DNA from: Octopus vulgaris
Lineage: Eukaryota
NCBI GenBank assembly: GCA_951406725.2
Contig: OX597821.1
Span: forward strand, 39,990,001 to 40,054,000
Length of the DNA stretch: 64,000 nucleotides
Reading direction: 5' to 3'
A program made the translations under genes and the position numbers. Every line of letters begins with the position of its first letter. Positions within the stretch are counted from its first letter, which is position 1. The notes beneath the pieces are model-generated. The model was not told the DNA's origin and searched no databases. It was given only the letters and a program-made list of their open reading frames with translations. Shown piece by piece: positions 40,346 through 53,392 of this stretch.

Positions 40346-41100
40346 AGAAGAATTACAACAAACAGTGCATGATCCCCTTCATTGAACTTCCAGTAAACTC
40401 TTGGTACAGATTTCTTGATCTTAGTTTGGTTTGATCTTTCAGTCCCATACCAATCTTTGTGAAACAGTTCTTCAAAGTTGGTAGCATACTGATATATTAC
40501 ATACCAATAGTATACCACTAGAGTTAATTGAATCAGTTGTGATCTTTCCCTACAAATAACTTACTTAAACTTAGTTGAAATAAATCCACATCAGATATTT
40601 GGTTGAAATCAAAGTTAAAGTGTTTGTGTTGATTGAATTTATGCTAAATGAAGTTCTAAAACTTCTTCCATCTAGAATTAAGCTAAAGTGTTTGGGAATC
40701 TTAGCTGACAATTCTTTATCGTTAGTAGTTAGAACTGGTAACACAGAAACTAAAATACTGTGCCATCATTGAGATTTAGACAATGAAGAAATTTATAGGA
40801 TTCAACTCATTGCTAAAATATCCTCTTTATCCTTTGTTATATGATAAGATCATACAGCATTTCCTTGATGGTATGCACGATGAGAGCTATCATCAATGAC
40901 GAATGTTTTAACATCCTCTGCTTCAGTGTCTTCATGTTGACAGGAGAGGTGGTCATCATTATTAGTTGAGAGAACTTAAGTGTGCTTGCAATGGTAATTG
41001 CATTACTGATGGTGATGGTGAATGTTATGATAATGATGATGATGATGTTGATAGGAAGGAAGGACTATACATACATATATGTATGTGTGTAATATATATA

Positions 41101-41236
41101 TATTGATAGAAATGGTGAGACAACAAAGAAATGAAAGAGACCTCGATATTATGTAAATAGAGGAATTTATCTGTAAATGTAATATGTAACAATTATTTGG
41201 TAGCCGAATAATTGTCACATATTACATTTACAGATA
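41101..41236 (-). repeat. Hairpin-ended repeat related to 56621-56830, embedded in (TA)n
   Basis: Palindrome 41168-41236 and its flank match the reverse complement of 56725-56830. Confidence 0.75.
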
Positions 41237-41240
41237 TATA

Positions 41241-41331
<91 letters not shown>

Positions 41332-41499
41332 GTATATATGTGTATATATGTATATATATATATATGGACATACATATACATATATACACACACATATATA
41401 TACATATATACATATATATATGTATATAAACACACACACACGCATAGGTAAGAGAGAATGAGGGAAGAAATGGAGACTATACATACACACACACTTGTA

Positions 41500-42789
41500 C
41501 AGAGTTTAGCAGAGAGGATGGATGTTTTTGAAAAATTCATAAAATCATTAATTTTAGCTGCAAACAAATTTTATTCACATCAATGCATTCGAATTGAATT
41601 AGCATTTGTCAAAATCAAGTGTGGAAAATCACATCCATCGTGTGGTGTCCGTTTTCATTGATGCATTTCTGAAGACATTCTTGCAGGTTGGCCTCCACTC
41701 TCTCCAACATTGCTCTGTTGCTTTGGGTGACTTCCATGCAAATAGCTTCCTTCAAATCATCCAATGTATGAAGCTTATGTACATACACACGTGCCTTGAA
41801 GTTTCCTCACAAGAAATAAGAACACATGGACAAATCAGGGGGCCGAGGGCCGGGGGTGTGGAACCTGAAAATGAGGCAATCACTGAAAAGAGGGCAAAAA
41901 ACGTTCGTTGATGCTCTGGCTGTGTGGGTCATCGCTCCATCCTGTTGAAATCACACATGTTGAATAGGCATACATTTTCATTGTAATTCAGACACAAAGA
42001 AGTTGTTTATCATCTCGATGCAACTTTCAGAGTTTACAGTAACAAGATTTCATTATTGTTTTCAAAATAGTAAGGACCAATGAGGGCAGCTTTTCCAACA
42101 GCACACCAAACGGTCACTTTTGGGCCGTGCAGTGGTCTTTTGTGTAGTTCTGTTGGATTTTCAAGAGTCCAATAACGACAGTTCTATTGATTCACCATGC
42201 CATTGAGATGAAAATGAGTTTCATCACTCATTAACAAAATGAGGCTGTCATTTGCCTCAAAAATTGCTTTCATCTGACAGGCGAAGTTAAACCACTGTGC
42301 ATAATCCCATGGTTTCAATTGTGGCCCAATGACCAATTTGTACAGGTAGAAATGTGGGTCTTCATGCAAAATATGCCTTACTAATTGATTATCAATGCCA
42401 AGTTCAGTGGAATGCCTCCAACAAAGCTTGTCTCACATGTTCCCATTTTCCGGGGTTCATACTGTTTGTGGTTCCCCCCTATGTACTTCATATAGGAAGT
42501 GCATTCATACAACATAAGACTGTGTTATGGGTGGGAACAGTCTAATTATGATGAATGTTGAAGTGGTGCCGAAACTCACACTGAACTGCTGTGAAAGACT
42601 CGTTATTCTTCATGTAATTGTCATAGGCAAACATGTGATGCTCTATCGTCCACAGTGCCATGGCTTCACCTGAAAAGAAAAAAATGCTAAGACACCACCG
42701 ACTGAATGATACCTGTTAAACACATGTCCCTTCCCCTGGGACTGAGTTATAGTCATTTCAAAAACGTCCATCCTCTCTTTGCCACCCTG
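41500..42789 (-). mobile_element. Full-length decayed Tc1/mariner DNA transposon
   Basis: Terminal inverted repeats cagagtttagcagagaggatggatgtttttgaaa / tttcaaaaacgtccatcctctctttgccaccctg; TA on the left; about 1.3 kb. Confidence 0.9.
41615..42661 (-). pseudogene. Transposase pseudogene (DUF4817-type HTH plus DDD domain)
   Basis: MALWTIEHHMFAYDNYMKNNESFTAVQCEFRHHF...LMSDETHFHLNGMVNQ*NCRYW...PKVTVWCAV...IGPYYFE...PDLSMCSYF; multiple stops and frameshifts. Confidence 0.88.
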
Positions 42790-43016
42790 CATATATCATA
42801 TAAATGAGAATGCTCTATTATATACAGGCAACAGTAGCAAGATTACTAAGAAAAGATTTTGAACAATTTGCTATCAGAAGCATAGCATTGTGGTTAAGGA
42901 GTTCACTTTCCAATGTCATGCTTACAGGTTCAAGTCCACTGCATAGCAATGCAATTAAGGGACATTTATGGAGTGTCAAGTTGAGCAACAACAGAAGCAG
43001 TCTAGAAACCTCTGTC

Positions 43017-43029
43017 TGTGTGTGTGTGT

Positions 43030-43060
<31 letters not shown>

Positions 43061-43065
43061 AGTGT

Positions 43066-43140
<75 letters not shown>
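43017..43140. repeat. (TG)n microsatellite
   Basis: Directly visible. Confidence 0.98.
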
Positions 43141-43143
<3 letters not shown>

Positions 43144-43444
43144 ATGTCCCTTTGTCCTGATGGTTGAAACCAGCATGACCATCATACAAGCAATGATACT
43201 TTTTTGCAGTCTGCTGTGAAAAACATGTCTGACCAAGGGGGAAATATTTAGTTTGGAAACTGTTGAGGATTGGTGACAGGGAGGGCATCCAGTTGAAGAA
43301 AATATGTCTCAATGAATTCTGTCTAACCTTTGCAACTATGGGAAAATAGATTTTAAGAAACGATGATGATGTACATATTTGTGCGTGTGTGTGTGTGTGT
43401 GTGTGTATGAGAGAGTGTGTGTGTGTGTGTGTATTATTTATTTT

Positions 43445-44035
43445 GATTTTCACTTTATCTTTAAAACTCATTAACCATTCTGCTTCAGAATTATGCATTT
43501 TTCCTTTGCCCCTAAATTTCTCTCCACAACTTCTAACATTCTCACAAATCTACTCTGACCTTTTCTTGACTTACATTTTCATTCAACTCCTTATATAACC
43601 ATTTCTGATCCATATGGAATATATGGTTCCATCTATACTGGTTTATTCTTTATTTATATCTTTTGATCTCTGATGTTTTGGTCAAAATCATCTGTTTCAA
43701 CTCCTCTCTTTGCAGCAGTTGATACATCTATTTTTTTTTTTATGTTATATTTTCTTTCTAAATCAGCATCCTGCCGTTGGGATTTCAACTGATCTTTTCT
43801 TTCACCTTCCAATAAATTTACATCAGATTGCAATATTTTTATATCCCCTTGTATTCTTCTCTTCCATTATGATTCTTGTATTCTTAATCCCACTTGCGAT
43901 GTCTTTCAAGCCTAATTCATTCACCACATATGTATTAGCAGCTTTTATCAAATTCTTCATTTCAGCTAGATTGCTTGTTTTCACATGATTGATAATTCCA
44001 TTTACTGTTTTTTGGTTTATCTCTTCCACTTAAAC
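43445..44035 (-). mobile_element. Dong/R4-clade LINE ORF, pre-RT region fragment
   Basis: NLIKAANTYVVNELGLK...*WKRRIQGDI...EELKQMILTKTSEIKRY...NQYRWNHIFHMDQKWLYKEL...HNSEAEWL. Confidence 0.75.
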
Positions 44036-44430
44036 CACATCAACATTCTTGAAGACTACTACTACTTCCACCAACACTACCGCCACCACCACAACCACCA
44101 GTAGTAGATGTAGCAGCAGAATCATTAGAGTGTTTGAAGAAATGCTTTGCTGTATTTCGTCCAAGTCTTTACCTTCTGTGTTCAAATCTTACCAACGTTA
44201 ACTTTACTTTTCATCCCTCCAGGGTTGATAAAATAAAGTACCAGTCATGAATTTGGGTTGATGGTATCAGCTACTTTTCTTCCTCTCAAAAAATTGCTGG
44301 ATTTGTGTTTAAGTGAGAGACTATTATTATTGAATTTGAACTCAGAATGTCAAGACAGTCGAAATACCACTAAGCATTTTCCCCAGCATGCTAATGATTC
44401 TACCAACTTGCCATCTTTCATGCATAAATT

Positions 44431-44445
44431 AATAATAATAATAAC

Positions 44446-44534
<89 letters not shown>

Positions 44535-44536
44535 GA

Positions 44537-44631
<95 letters not shown>

Positions 44632-44633
44632 CA
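44431..44633. repeat. (AAT)n followed by (ATT)n inverted microsatellite
   Basis: Strand switch at about 44535. Confidence 0.97.
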
Positions 44634-45390
44634 TTGTCTTTGCACAACTGCTAACGTTGGAGATATACTATGGTGTCAGCTGTTCACTACCAGTGAACAA
44701 AGGTAACACTTCTTATTTTCAAGCACCTTCCAGAGTATTTGAACGTTTCCAAGCAGTGCTATTTTCCACAAGTGCTCCACCCTTATTGCAGCCCCTATTT
44801 GTTCCACGTACTTCTTGAGACTTTTGCTAACTATTCTCATTCTTCCTTATCGCATACCTTGTTGTAAACTGGGCATGCTATATCTATGATCCAGCATAGT
44901 TCGTTTTCTTTCTCAATTAAGACTATGTCTGGCTTCCTATTCTCTATCTCATGGTTGCACTGAATCATAAAATCCCATAGGATCTTTGCATTTCTATTTT
45001 CAACAGGTTTGCAGTCGTACCAATTTTTTGCTCTGTCAAGTCCATACTTGTTGCAAAGTGTTCAATGAACAAGGCTGGCTATATTGTCGTGGTGTCTCTT
45101 ATATTCCTTTTGGGCCAGTGGCATACATTGGCTAGTAATATGCCATATGGTTTCACCGTTTTGTCCACAGATTCTTCACTTATCACTTTCTGCAGTGTTG
45201 TCTATTCTGTATTTTATGTAGTTTGTTCTCAGTGTTTGCTCTTGGGCAGCACAGTTCAGAGCCTCTGTTTCCAGTTTTGAATTACTTTTAGTCATCCACA
45301 GTCATCTTTTTTCAACATCCCTATGAAATTGTCCATGCATTTTTTTCTTTACCCACCTATTTTCAGTTTCATTCGTTTTCAGTTGCTTCC
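44634..45390 (-). mobile_element. Dong/R4-clade LINE 3' end (CCHC finger plus restriction-like endonuclease)
   Basis: RICGQNGETIWHITSQCMPLAQKEYKRHHDNIA...KILWDFMIQCNHEIENRKPDIVLIEK...IIDIACP...ALLG...KVLE; ends in (TAA)n. Confidence 0.9.
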
Positions 45391-45535
45391 TCCTGATAAT
45401 CTTTGCTGTCCCTAAGAGACGAAACTATCCGAAGAAGCTCTACTGTGGCATTCTATTTCAATAACCCTCAGCCATTTGTCTGTATCTTGGTTTACTGTTC
45501 CTAGCGTACTAATTGTAATAGGCACACCGTTACTA
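45390..45535 (-). mobile_element. Second, divergent Dong/R4 C-terminal fragment
   Basis: VPITISTLGTVNQDTDKWLRVIEIEC...LGTAKIIRR. Confidence 0.7.
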
Positions 45536-45799
45536 TTATTATTATCATCCTTAATGATGCAAATTTTTTACAGTGGCACAACGTCAGATTTGGTGGTTAT
45601 AATGAATTCATGAGACCCCAGTATATTATTGGTATTTATTGTATTGATCCTAGAGGGATTAAAGGCAAATTCAAACTTGGTGAGATTTTGCCTTAAAACA
45701 GAAAGAAGCATAATTAACTGTCCCAAGGGACATAACTGAATATGACATATAGGTACACACACACACATACATATTTAACCAAGAATGTATCAGTGTGTC

Positions 45800-46375
45800 A
45801 TCATCATCATTGTTATCACCATCTATGCCAACATGGGTTAGATGGCTTGACAGGATCCAATGAGCCAAAGGATGTCCATTGTCTGCTTTAGCATGATTTC
45901 CACAGCCTGATGCCCTTCCTAGTGTCAACCATTTTACAGCATGAACTGGGTGAAATGTTCATATCGCCTACACTAAGGATGCTGCCATGCAGTTTACAGG
46001 ACTACAAACCTTTGGGGAGGCTGTAGGGGGTCAGCTTCAAGCTAGGAGATTAGGGGATTACAATGAGAAGGGACAGTGCAGAACAGGTTTTTGTAGAGGG
46101 ATCTGCTTGGCCATTCCCATCTTGAAGAGCAAAGTAGGGAGAGAGAAAGGGAAAATAATCAGCAGGAGTAGGAAGAGATTATAAGGATGAGGTGTCCAGG
46201 TGGAGCCACAAGGCACAAGGTGAGTAGAAGTGGGAGGGGAGGCAGGTTGTCAAAATGGGTAGGGTTGAAGGGTAGATGAGCCAAGAACCATAAATTGAGG
46301 TAGATAAAGGGTTGCAGAAGAGAGAGTGTGGGGTGCAAACAGCAGGAGTTGTAAAATTATAGAGTTGCCAGAGGG
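45800..46375 (-). mobile_element. Degenerate RTE-LINE 3' UTR plus family C tail
   Basis: Same layout as 12846-13860. Confidence 0.6.
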
Positions 46376-46406
46376 AAGGACAAATGGATGTAAGCATGTG
46401 CACGTG

Positions 46407-46453
<47 letters not shown>

Positions 46454-47786
46454 TTGCATCTGTATACATGCACACATAAACATACACATGTATATAAATA
46501 CATATATGTGTGAGTATGTGTGTTAGAGAGAGTACGTAAGTTAAAATAGTGTTTCTAAAATTATCACAAGAACAATATCTGACAAGATTGCTTTGAATAT
46601 AAAGAATGGTAAAATATATTAAAAGAGTTGAAGAATATAAAGAGTAGTCAAATATAATGACAAATATAAAAAAAAATGCATTGAATAAAGAAATGCAGCA
46701 AGAAAAATATAATAAGTCTCATGGAAAAAGAAGAATTCCAATGCATAAAATGTGTACACAAACAAAACACAAACAAAATGCAAACAATAAACAAACAATA
46801 AACAGTGAAAGCAAATGGAAAATACAATAGAATGAGAAATAGAAAGCAATTTATTTTTCAATATTTCATTGTAATGTTTTGAGAAGTGACAAACCTATAT
46901 CTTTTTCTTTCTACCTGTGGAGATGAAGTTACCAGAAGCGTGACGTGGTATCAGTGAGAATGTTTGCTGAATAGATTGGTGTGTGCCAAGTGAATATGAT
47001 AGAGAAAATAAGAGAAGTATTTAGAGAGAGAGAGTGGGGTGGGAAAGAGAGACAGTGAGAAGAGTATTTAGTGACAGGCACATAAAGTAGGTGGGGGAGG
47101 GGAATCACTGACGAGAATTCTTGGTGCGGGTTAATAAAATAATGGTAAAAACATGTTTCCAGTTGCTTTAAGCTTTTCTTAAGAACAGGTGCATAATTCC
47201 TGTTTCAAGGTTATGAATAGATGAGGGATCACTCTAACTCCTTGACAACAAAATGCCTGCTCAGTGTAAACTGTTTACTCAGATCAGGTAGGTTAATGCA
47301 GGCATATAGAACTAAGTGTACAACCCAAAAACACAGAATATAATTGCTTGCAGTTAATCAGAGTACATACTTTACGAATCAATTTAGCTAATTAATCCAT
47401 TCATTTAACACAAGGATCCATGAGTACCAGTAATTCACTCAGATTTTAAATAAGGCCAAAGACAAATATTTTTCTGAATTAAAAACCAATCCGTCACACG
47501 TGTTTCTCAAATCATAGAATATAACAAATCTTGGAGAATTTGCTGGATGCCAATAAGTTTAGATGCCATGGAAAGTGAAAATATCTCATTTCCTTATACT
47601 ATAACCTTTTGATGGAGTGGAAGTCCACTTTTCACAACATCTAAAGTCATTGGCCCTCAACATATTCTATTGTGTTCCTCACTGCTATTGATGTAGACTT
47701 TGAATTTTGGGTTTTACTTGTACCAGAAAATACCAGGCACAAGGACCCAATGAGGCACCTGTAATGACTTTCAACTCACTATCAGC

Positions 47787-47960
47787 TGATAGTATGTTGT
47801 CAACTTAATGTGACAGTCTCATGAAAGGAAAGAATGCTACCGTTATTTAGCCCTAAGAAACACTGTTTCTTGTTGGACTTGAGACATTTCCCAGGGCTAA
47901 ATAACAGTAGCATTCTTCCCTTTCATGGGACTGTCACATTAAATTGACAACATACTATCA
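47787..47960. repeat. Long inverted repeat, arms about 74 bp
   Basis: tgatagtatgttgtcaacttaatgtgacagtc...tagccct vs agggctaaata...gactgtcacattaaattgacaacatactatca. Confidence 0.9.
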
Positions 47961-49050
47961 CTTTATCATGCTGCTACTGCATAAATCTCTCTGAGAGATT
48001 TAGAAATGTATTATTTCTATTTTCATTATCAGCTGATGGGTCAACTAAGACCATATGTACTTTACCATGTTACTGCTTTGATACACAAATCGGAAAGTAG
48101 ATATGGGTAAAAAATAGGTAAAAATGAAAAACAGAGATGTTAAGGAGTTTTATTGTAGATGAAAATATGAATATCATTTAACTTCTTAGAATATCTTTTA
48201 TAAGTTAGATGTAATGCTTTGGTTCTTTTGCACTTTAGGAATATATGTCTAAAGGTACAATTCTATATTTCTGAGACGAAGAATTTATATTATGTGTACT
48301 ACTTACATTAGTTGGATTGGTGTCTGCATCTTAGTTTTTTATACTTTACACTATGAAAGCAACAATCAAGGCAAGGCACCAGTCGGACCAACATCAATAG
48401 TGTACATATCTAAATGGTGAGAAAGAGGCTCCTTCGGGTGAAATTGGGTGCACACTTGTATTATTAGGCAGAAAATAAAGTGCTTCATATGTACAGGACA
48501 TAACAAATATATATTATGAACACTTCTTTTCCAATTTCGTCCAAACACACAAATTAATATCTCTAATATGTTTCTTTTTAGCTGTTATTCACCTCAAGTT
48601 TATATATTCTAATGTACTTCCCTGCTATACTCTTCTGCTGGTACTCTACTTTAATTATGCTCTCCTTTAGAGGACCCACTTACATATGTTTTACTAATAT
48701 TTCTCTCTTTATGCTGGTGTTTCAGTAGCATTCCATTACAATTAGTGGTGGTGGTGGTGGTGGTACTTCACACATATTTTCCTAGTAGCATGTCTAGTTT
48801 AGAAAAGTCCTAATTTTATTAACTGTGGAAATAGTTCTGCTTCCTGTTCAATCTTTACAGGCGCTAACAAGATGGTTCAGCTGAGAAGGGGCTGCCCCTT
48901 CTTATAAAATCACTGAGCTAAAGGGTACATATATAACTTGTTACAACTTACAACTAAGAGAAGACCTAAGAAGCCCTGTGTAAAATTATTTTTAATGCCT
49001 TACTTAGAGAAAATACCCATAAGTATGCTATGTGGTTTCTGTGATTGATA

Positions 49051-49276
49051 AGTCATTTTCAGACCAGAATCCTGATGCAGATTCTTGCAACAGTGGACTC
49101 AGAAGCATCCAAGGATCTTTGGGTAAAGATTGTTTGCCAACATAAGATGGCAGTCTTGGTTTCAGATGAATGTTACCATATTATGTTGGAAAACAATCTT
49201 TACTCCAAAGATCCTTGGATGCTTCTGAGTCCACTGTTGCAAGAATCTGCATCAGGATTCTGGTCTGAATATGACT
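49051..49276. repeat. Long inverted repeat, arms about 100 bp
   Basis: tcagaccagaatcctgatgcagattcttgcaacagtggactcagaagcatccaaggatcttt exactly mirrored downstream. Confidence 0.93.
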
Positions 49277-50070
49277 CATTATGAGATTTAGAAATAGTAA
49301 TTTTCTAATCCAAGAATCTGTTGGTGAAGTTGAACTGGGCAATGGATTAAGTCACTTCATCATGTTTTTTAACATCTTCTTTTCTATCAGATGGACTTGT
49401 TGAAGCAAATTTTCTAGAGCTGGATGCTCTTCCTGTTGCCAACCCTTATCTGTTACCAAACAAGGTAATATTTCTCCCTGGCTGAACATATTTTTATAAT
49501 TCAGTTGGGTTGGAAATGAAGGACATCTTCTATGATGATGACATTCAGTAACACCCCATCACACAACATCAAGACAAGGAAACGCACACATGCATGCATT
49601 CACACACACACACATACAGACCCACACTAAATCCACTTACAATGCATTGGTTAACCGAAGATACCACATTGTAAGACTGAACCTGAATGTAGTTGAGAAA
49701 AGAAATAATTAAACAGCCAAACCTAAAATTGTTAACTCGTTTTATGTTTAGCCCATGTCAGTTCTGATAGAACAGATCTATCAGCAATAGCTTTCCAACC
49801 ATGACCTTAACACATTTTTTTCTAATATAAAATAACATTATTCAGAATGCATTTCTTATTTTAGAAAAATGCAAGGTGTTATTTGAAGGAGATTTGCCTG
49901 CTATTTTTAGCAGGTCAAGTCACATCATAGAGGCTCATTACCACAAATTGATAAATAACTTTCATAGTTGACATTTTCATGATTGCTGTAATTTTTACAA
50001 ACATGTTCTGCTCTACATTATTTACATTATTTACAATTGACGGATATTTGTCCTCATCTTGTTTGTTGTT

Positions 50071-50116
50071 AACACAAAGTTTCGGCTGATATACTCTCCA
50101 GCCTTCATCAGGTGTC
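50071..50116 (-). ncRNA. Minimal hammerhead ribozyme in the PLE terminal repeat
   Basis: gacac CTGATGA a ggctg...cagcc GAAA cttt gtgtt. Confidence 0.72.
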
Positions 50117-50281
50117 TTGGGGAAATTGCCAACCTGGGTTCTAATTCCTAAGGTATTTTTCGATGTTATTATTATTATTGGTTTTATTATTAATCGAACT
50201 CAGAATCTTGGGGTTAACAGCCTGTGCTCATAACCACTACACCATGTGCCCGTGGGCAATTATGGAGTGAATTTTAGGGCT

Positions 50282-51180
50282 TATAAATCTAATATTCTCC
50301 TATCCTTACTTAATACCGGTTCCATATGCTGTTCATATCTGCACTCAGTCTGCTTAGGAGGTTGTTGTGTCCTAGCATATGTGCTGCTTCTTTTAGTTTT
50401 TGTATTTTCCATTGGTGTTCTCTGTCTATTGTTATAGCTTCATCCCACAGTGGGGAGGTAGTCTCCATTTTTCAATACATGATCAGCTATACCCGATTTA
50501 TCAATATCTCCCCGTGTCACAGCTTTGCGATGTTCCTCTACTCTTATTTTGAGGGGGCGGCATATTTCGCCTTTGTATAACTTACCACTGCTGCATGGGA
50601 TGGAGAACACGCAGTTCTTAGTCATATTCTCTTCTATTGGTGGTTTTACTCGAAGGTGATATTTGCAAAGTGTTGAATTACTTTTGAATACTGTCCTGAT
50701 GTCATATGGGGCACATATCTTTTGTATCTTTTCGGAGAGGCCTTTCACATAGGGTAGGCAGACTGTGGACAGTTTATTGGTTTCATCCTCTCTTTTCTTC
50801 CTAATTGGAGTGGAGAGTATGCTTTTGGGGTAGTTGTTGCTTAATAGATTGTCACTGAGCTTGATCATTTCTTCGTGATGGGTATCAGGATCACTACTTA
50901 TATTCATTGCTCGATATTTTAGGCACTGAGCAATCCCTCTCTTTACACAGTATGGATGGTGTGCATTGAAGTTGAGTTATTGTCCAGTGAAGGTCGGCTT
51001 GCAGTATACGGATGTCCTGAATCTATACTTGGTGCATGTTATTAATACATCCAGGAATGCTAGCTGATTATCTTTTTCCTTTTTCCATTGTGAACTGAAT
51101 GGATGGCTTTATTGAGTTCACATGATCTAGCAGCACATCTTCCTAGTGGGACCAGAGTATGAAGGTTTCATCAACATATG
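50282..51180 (-). pseudogene. PLE RT/GIY-YIG ORF remnant (includes ORF 50440-50907)
   Basis: Homology continues across frameshifts to a stop near 50282. Confidence 0.88.
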
Positions 51181-51304
51181 GCTGTGATGTTAAAATATAT
51201 AAGAGAATTTTAATTCATGCAGATGATCGTTTCATACAGAGATATAAAAATCAGGCAAATTCATGGTTGAGTTGAATTAATTAAATTAATTAAATTAATT
51301 ATAT

Positions 51305-51520
51305 ATCACTGTCATCATCATTGTTCGACCGTGGTCGAGACAATGGAATTTACTATCTTACGCCAGACTTCACGGTCCATCATAGCATTATGGAGGTCCT
51401 GTTGTTGGATGCCTGTATCCCTGGAGATTACATCAGGGTAGGAGAGTGTGCACTCTCTGGTATCGTGAGCAGATGGCTTCCAGAGGAGAAGAGTAGAAAT
51501 CACTGTACCCTTCAGTAAAA
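51305..51520 (-). mobile_element. RTE-type LINE 3' end (second family)
   Basis: LSYPDVISRDTG...DLHNAMMDREVWRKIV stop, then (tga)n tail. Confidence 0.75.
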
Positions 51521-52040
51521 ACAAAATTTTTCCAAAGGACTTGAGAAAGGAAATAGCAGAATAGGATCTAGATGATTCCTATTTATCCTTATGAGAAAAA
51601 AAAGAGATGTGAGTCCAATTGGGTCTTACACTAGGAATGGGAACCCAGGTTTGAAACGTGTTAACAAACAAACAAGATGAGGCTGTAATGGTTCATTTGA
51701 AAAATATAAGTAAAAGAGGTATAAGAGGTACCCTCTATATATGTACAATGAGCTATTTCAATATACAACCATACACACACACACACACACACACACATTC
51801 ATGCACGTGCTCTTGCATGCATACACACACAGACATGCACACACACATGTATGCAAGAACACAAATAAGCACATATACAGACATACACACAGATGCCTAC
51901 CTATTCAAAAACTTGCCTTTACTGCACACACATGCATTTCTGCACACACATATGTAAATACACATTCACCCACATACAAGCATATACACTCATACACTGC
52001 ATCAACTCAACCACACGAACACACATGCACACACACACAT

Positions 52041-52081
<41 letters not shown>

Positions 52082-52327
52082 CTGTTCTCTCCTTCTACCT
52101 TCCTCCCCACCACAAATAAGGAACTACACCCATAAATCGCAATGGGACGACAAGCAAATCCCAGCAGATCCGAAACCCAACTGACCTTGAACATAAAGGT
52201 TAAACAATTAAAGGAGACATGGATGGCCATTGTCCACACACTCACAAACATACAAGCACACGAGTGTACATACACACATACACACATTCTTCATTTACTC
52301 TCATCCTTCCCTTCTTTTGTAAGCAAC

Positions 52328-52365
<38 letters not shown>

Positions 52366-52994
52366 GACATAAATATACACACAAGCATAAGACTGGTTCT
52401 CAGACAGACTCAAGGCAGACCTCAATGAGAGAGGGCAAGTCATTGATGAGCTTGTGAATAACAATGAAAGGACTTTGACAAACAAACAACCTGCTGGTTG
52501 ATTAATCAACTCATTAAACAAATGATTGATTAGTTCAGTTGATTAGATATTTAACCAATTGACTAACAATAAAGAAGTGATATTGAATTAATGTGTGTGT
52601 TAATTATTATCATTGGCATAATGACTATCCCAACACACACCAAGATGTGTATGTGTATGTGTGTGAGTGCATATAAACTTGTGTTTGTCCCCCACCATTG
52701 CTTGACAAGTGTTCCAGTGTGGGTTTTTTTATGTTCATGTTACTTAGCAGTTTGGCATAAGAGGCCAATAAAATAGATGACAGGATTAAAAAGATTAATA
52801 AGTCCAGGTATTAATTTGTTGAACAAAAATACTCTTCAAAAAGGTGTGCTCCAGCATGGCTACTCTCCAATGGCTAAAAGAAATGTTGTCTCTGCTAAGC
52901 AAAATGACAGGATGGTCACAGGTGGAACAAATTACAGCATCAATACAGAGTTAACCTGGGGTTAAACAACTACAATATAAACAGCTCTAATATT

Positions 52995-53392
52995 CTTTTC
53001 TACTCAAGGCACAAGGCCTGGAATTTTGGGGGAGGGGGCCAGTGGATTAGATTGACCCCAGTGTGCAACTGGTACTTAATTTATTGAACCCTGAAAGGAT
53101 GAAAGGCAAAGTCGACCTCAGCGGAATTTGAACTCAGAACGTAAAGACAGACAAAATACCTACTTCTTTACTACCCACAAGGGGCTAAACACAGAGAGGA
53201 CAAACAAGGACAGACAAACGGATTAAGTCAATTATATTGACCCCAGTGTGTAACTGGTACTTATTTAATCGAACCTGAAAGGATGAAAGGCAAAGTTGAC
53301 CTCAGCGGAATTTGAACTCAGGACGTAGTGGCAGACGAAATACTGCTAAGCATTTCGCCCGGCATGCTAACGTTTCTGCCGGCTTGGTGCCC
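52995..53392 (-). mobile_element. Two nested/tandem family B SINEs
   Basis: Meta-like core occurs twice (about 53040-53160 and 53220-53392). Confidence 0.85.

Larger units (their letters stand above)
50014..51180 (-). mobile_element. 5'-truncated Penelope-like element (RT 3' part, GIY-YIG endonuclease, terminal repeat)
   Basis: YVDETFILW...HVNSIKPSIQFTME...LAFLDVLI...VYCKPTFTG...HHP; LPYVKGLSEKI...NCVFSIPCSSGKLYKGE...RVEEH...SGIADH...LKEAAH. Confidence 0.93.
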
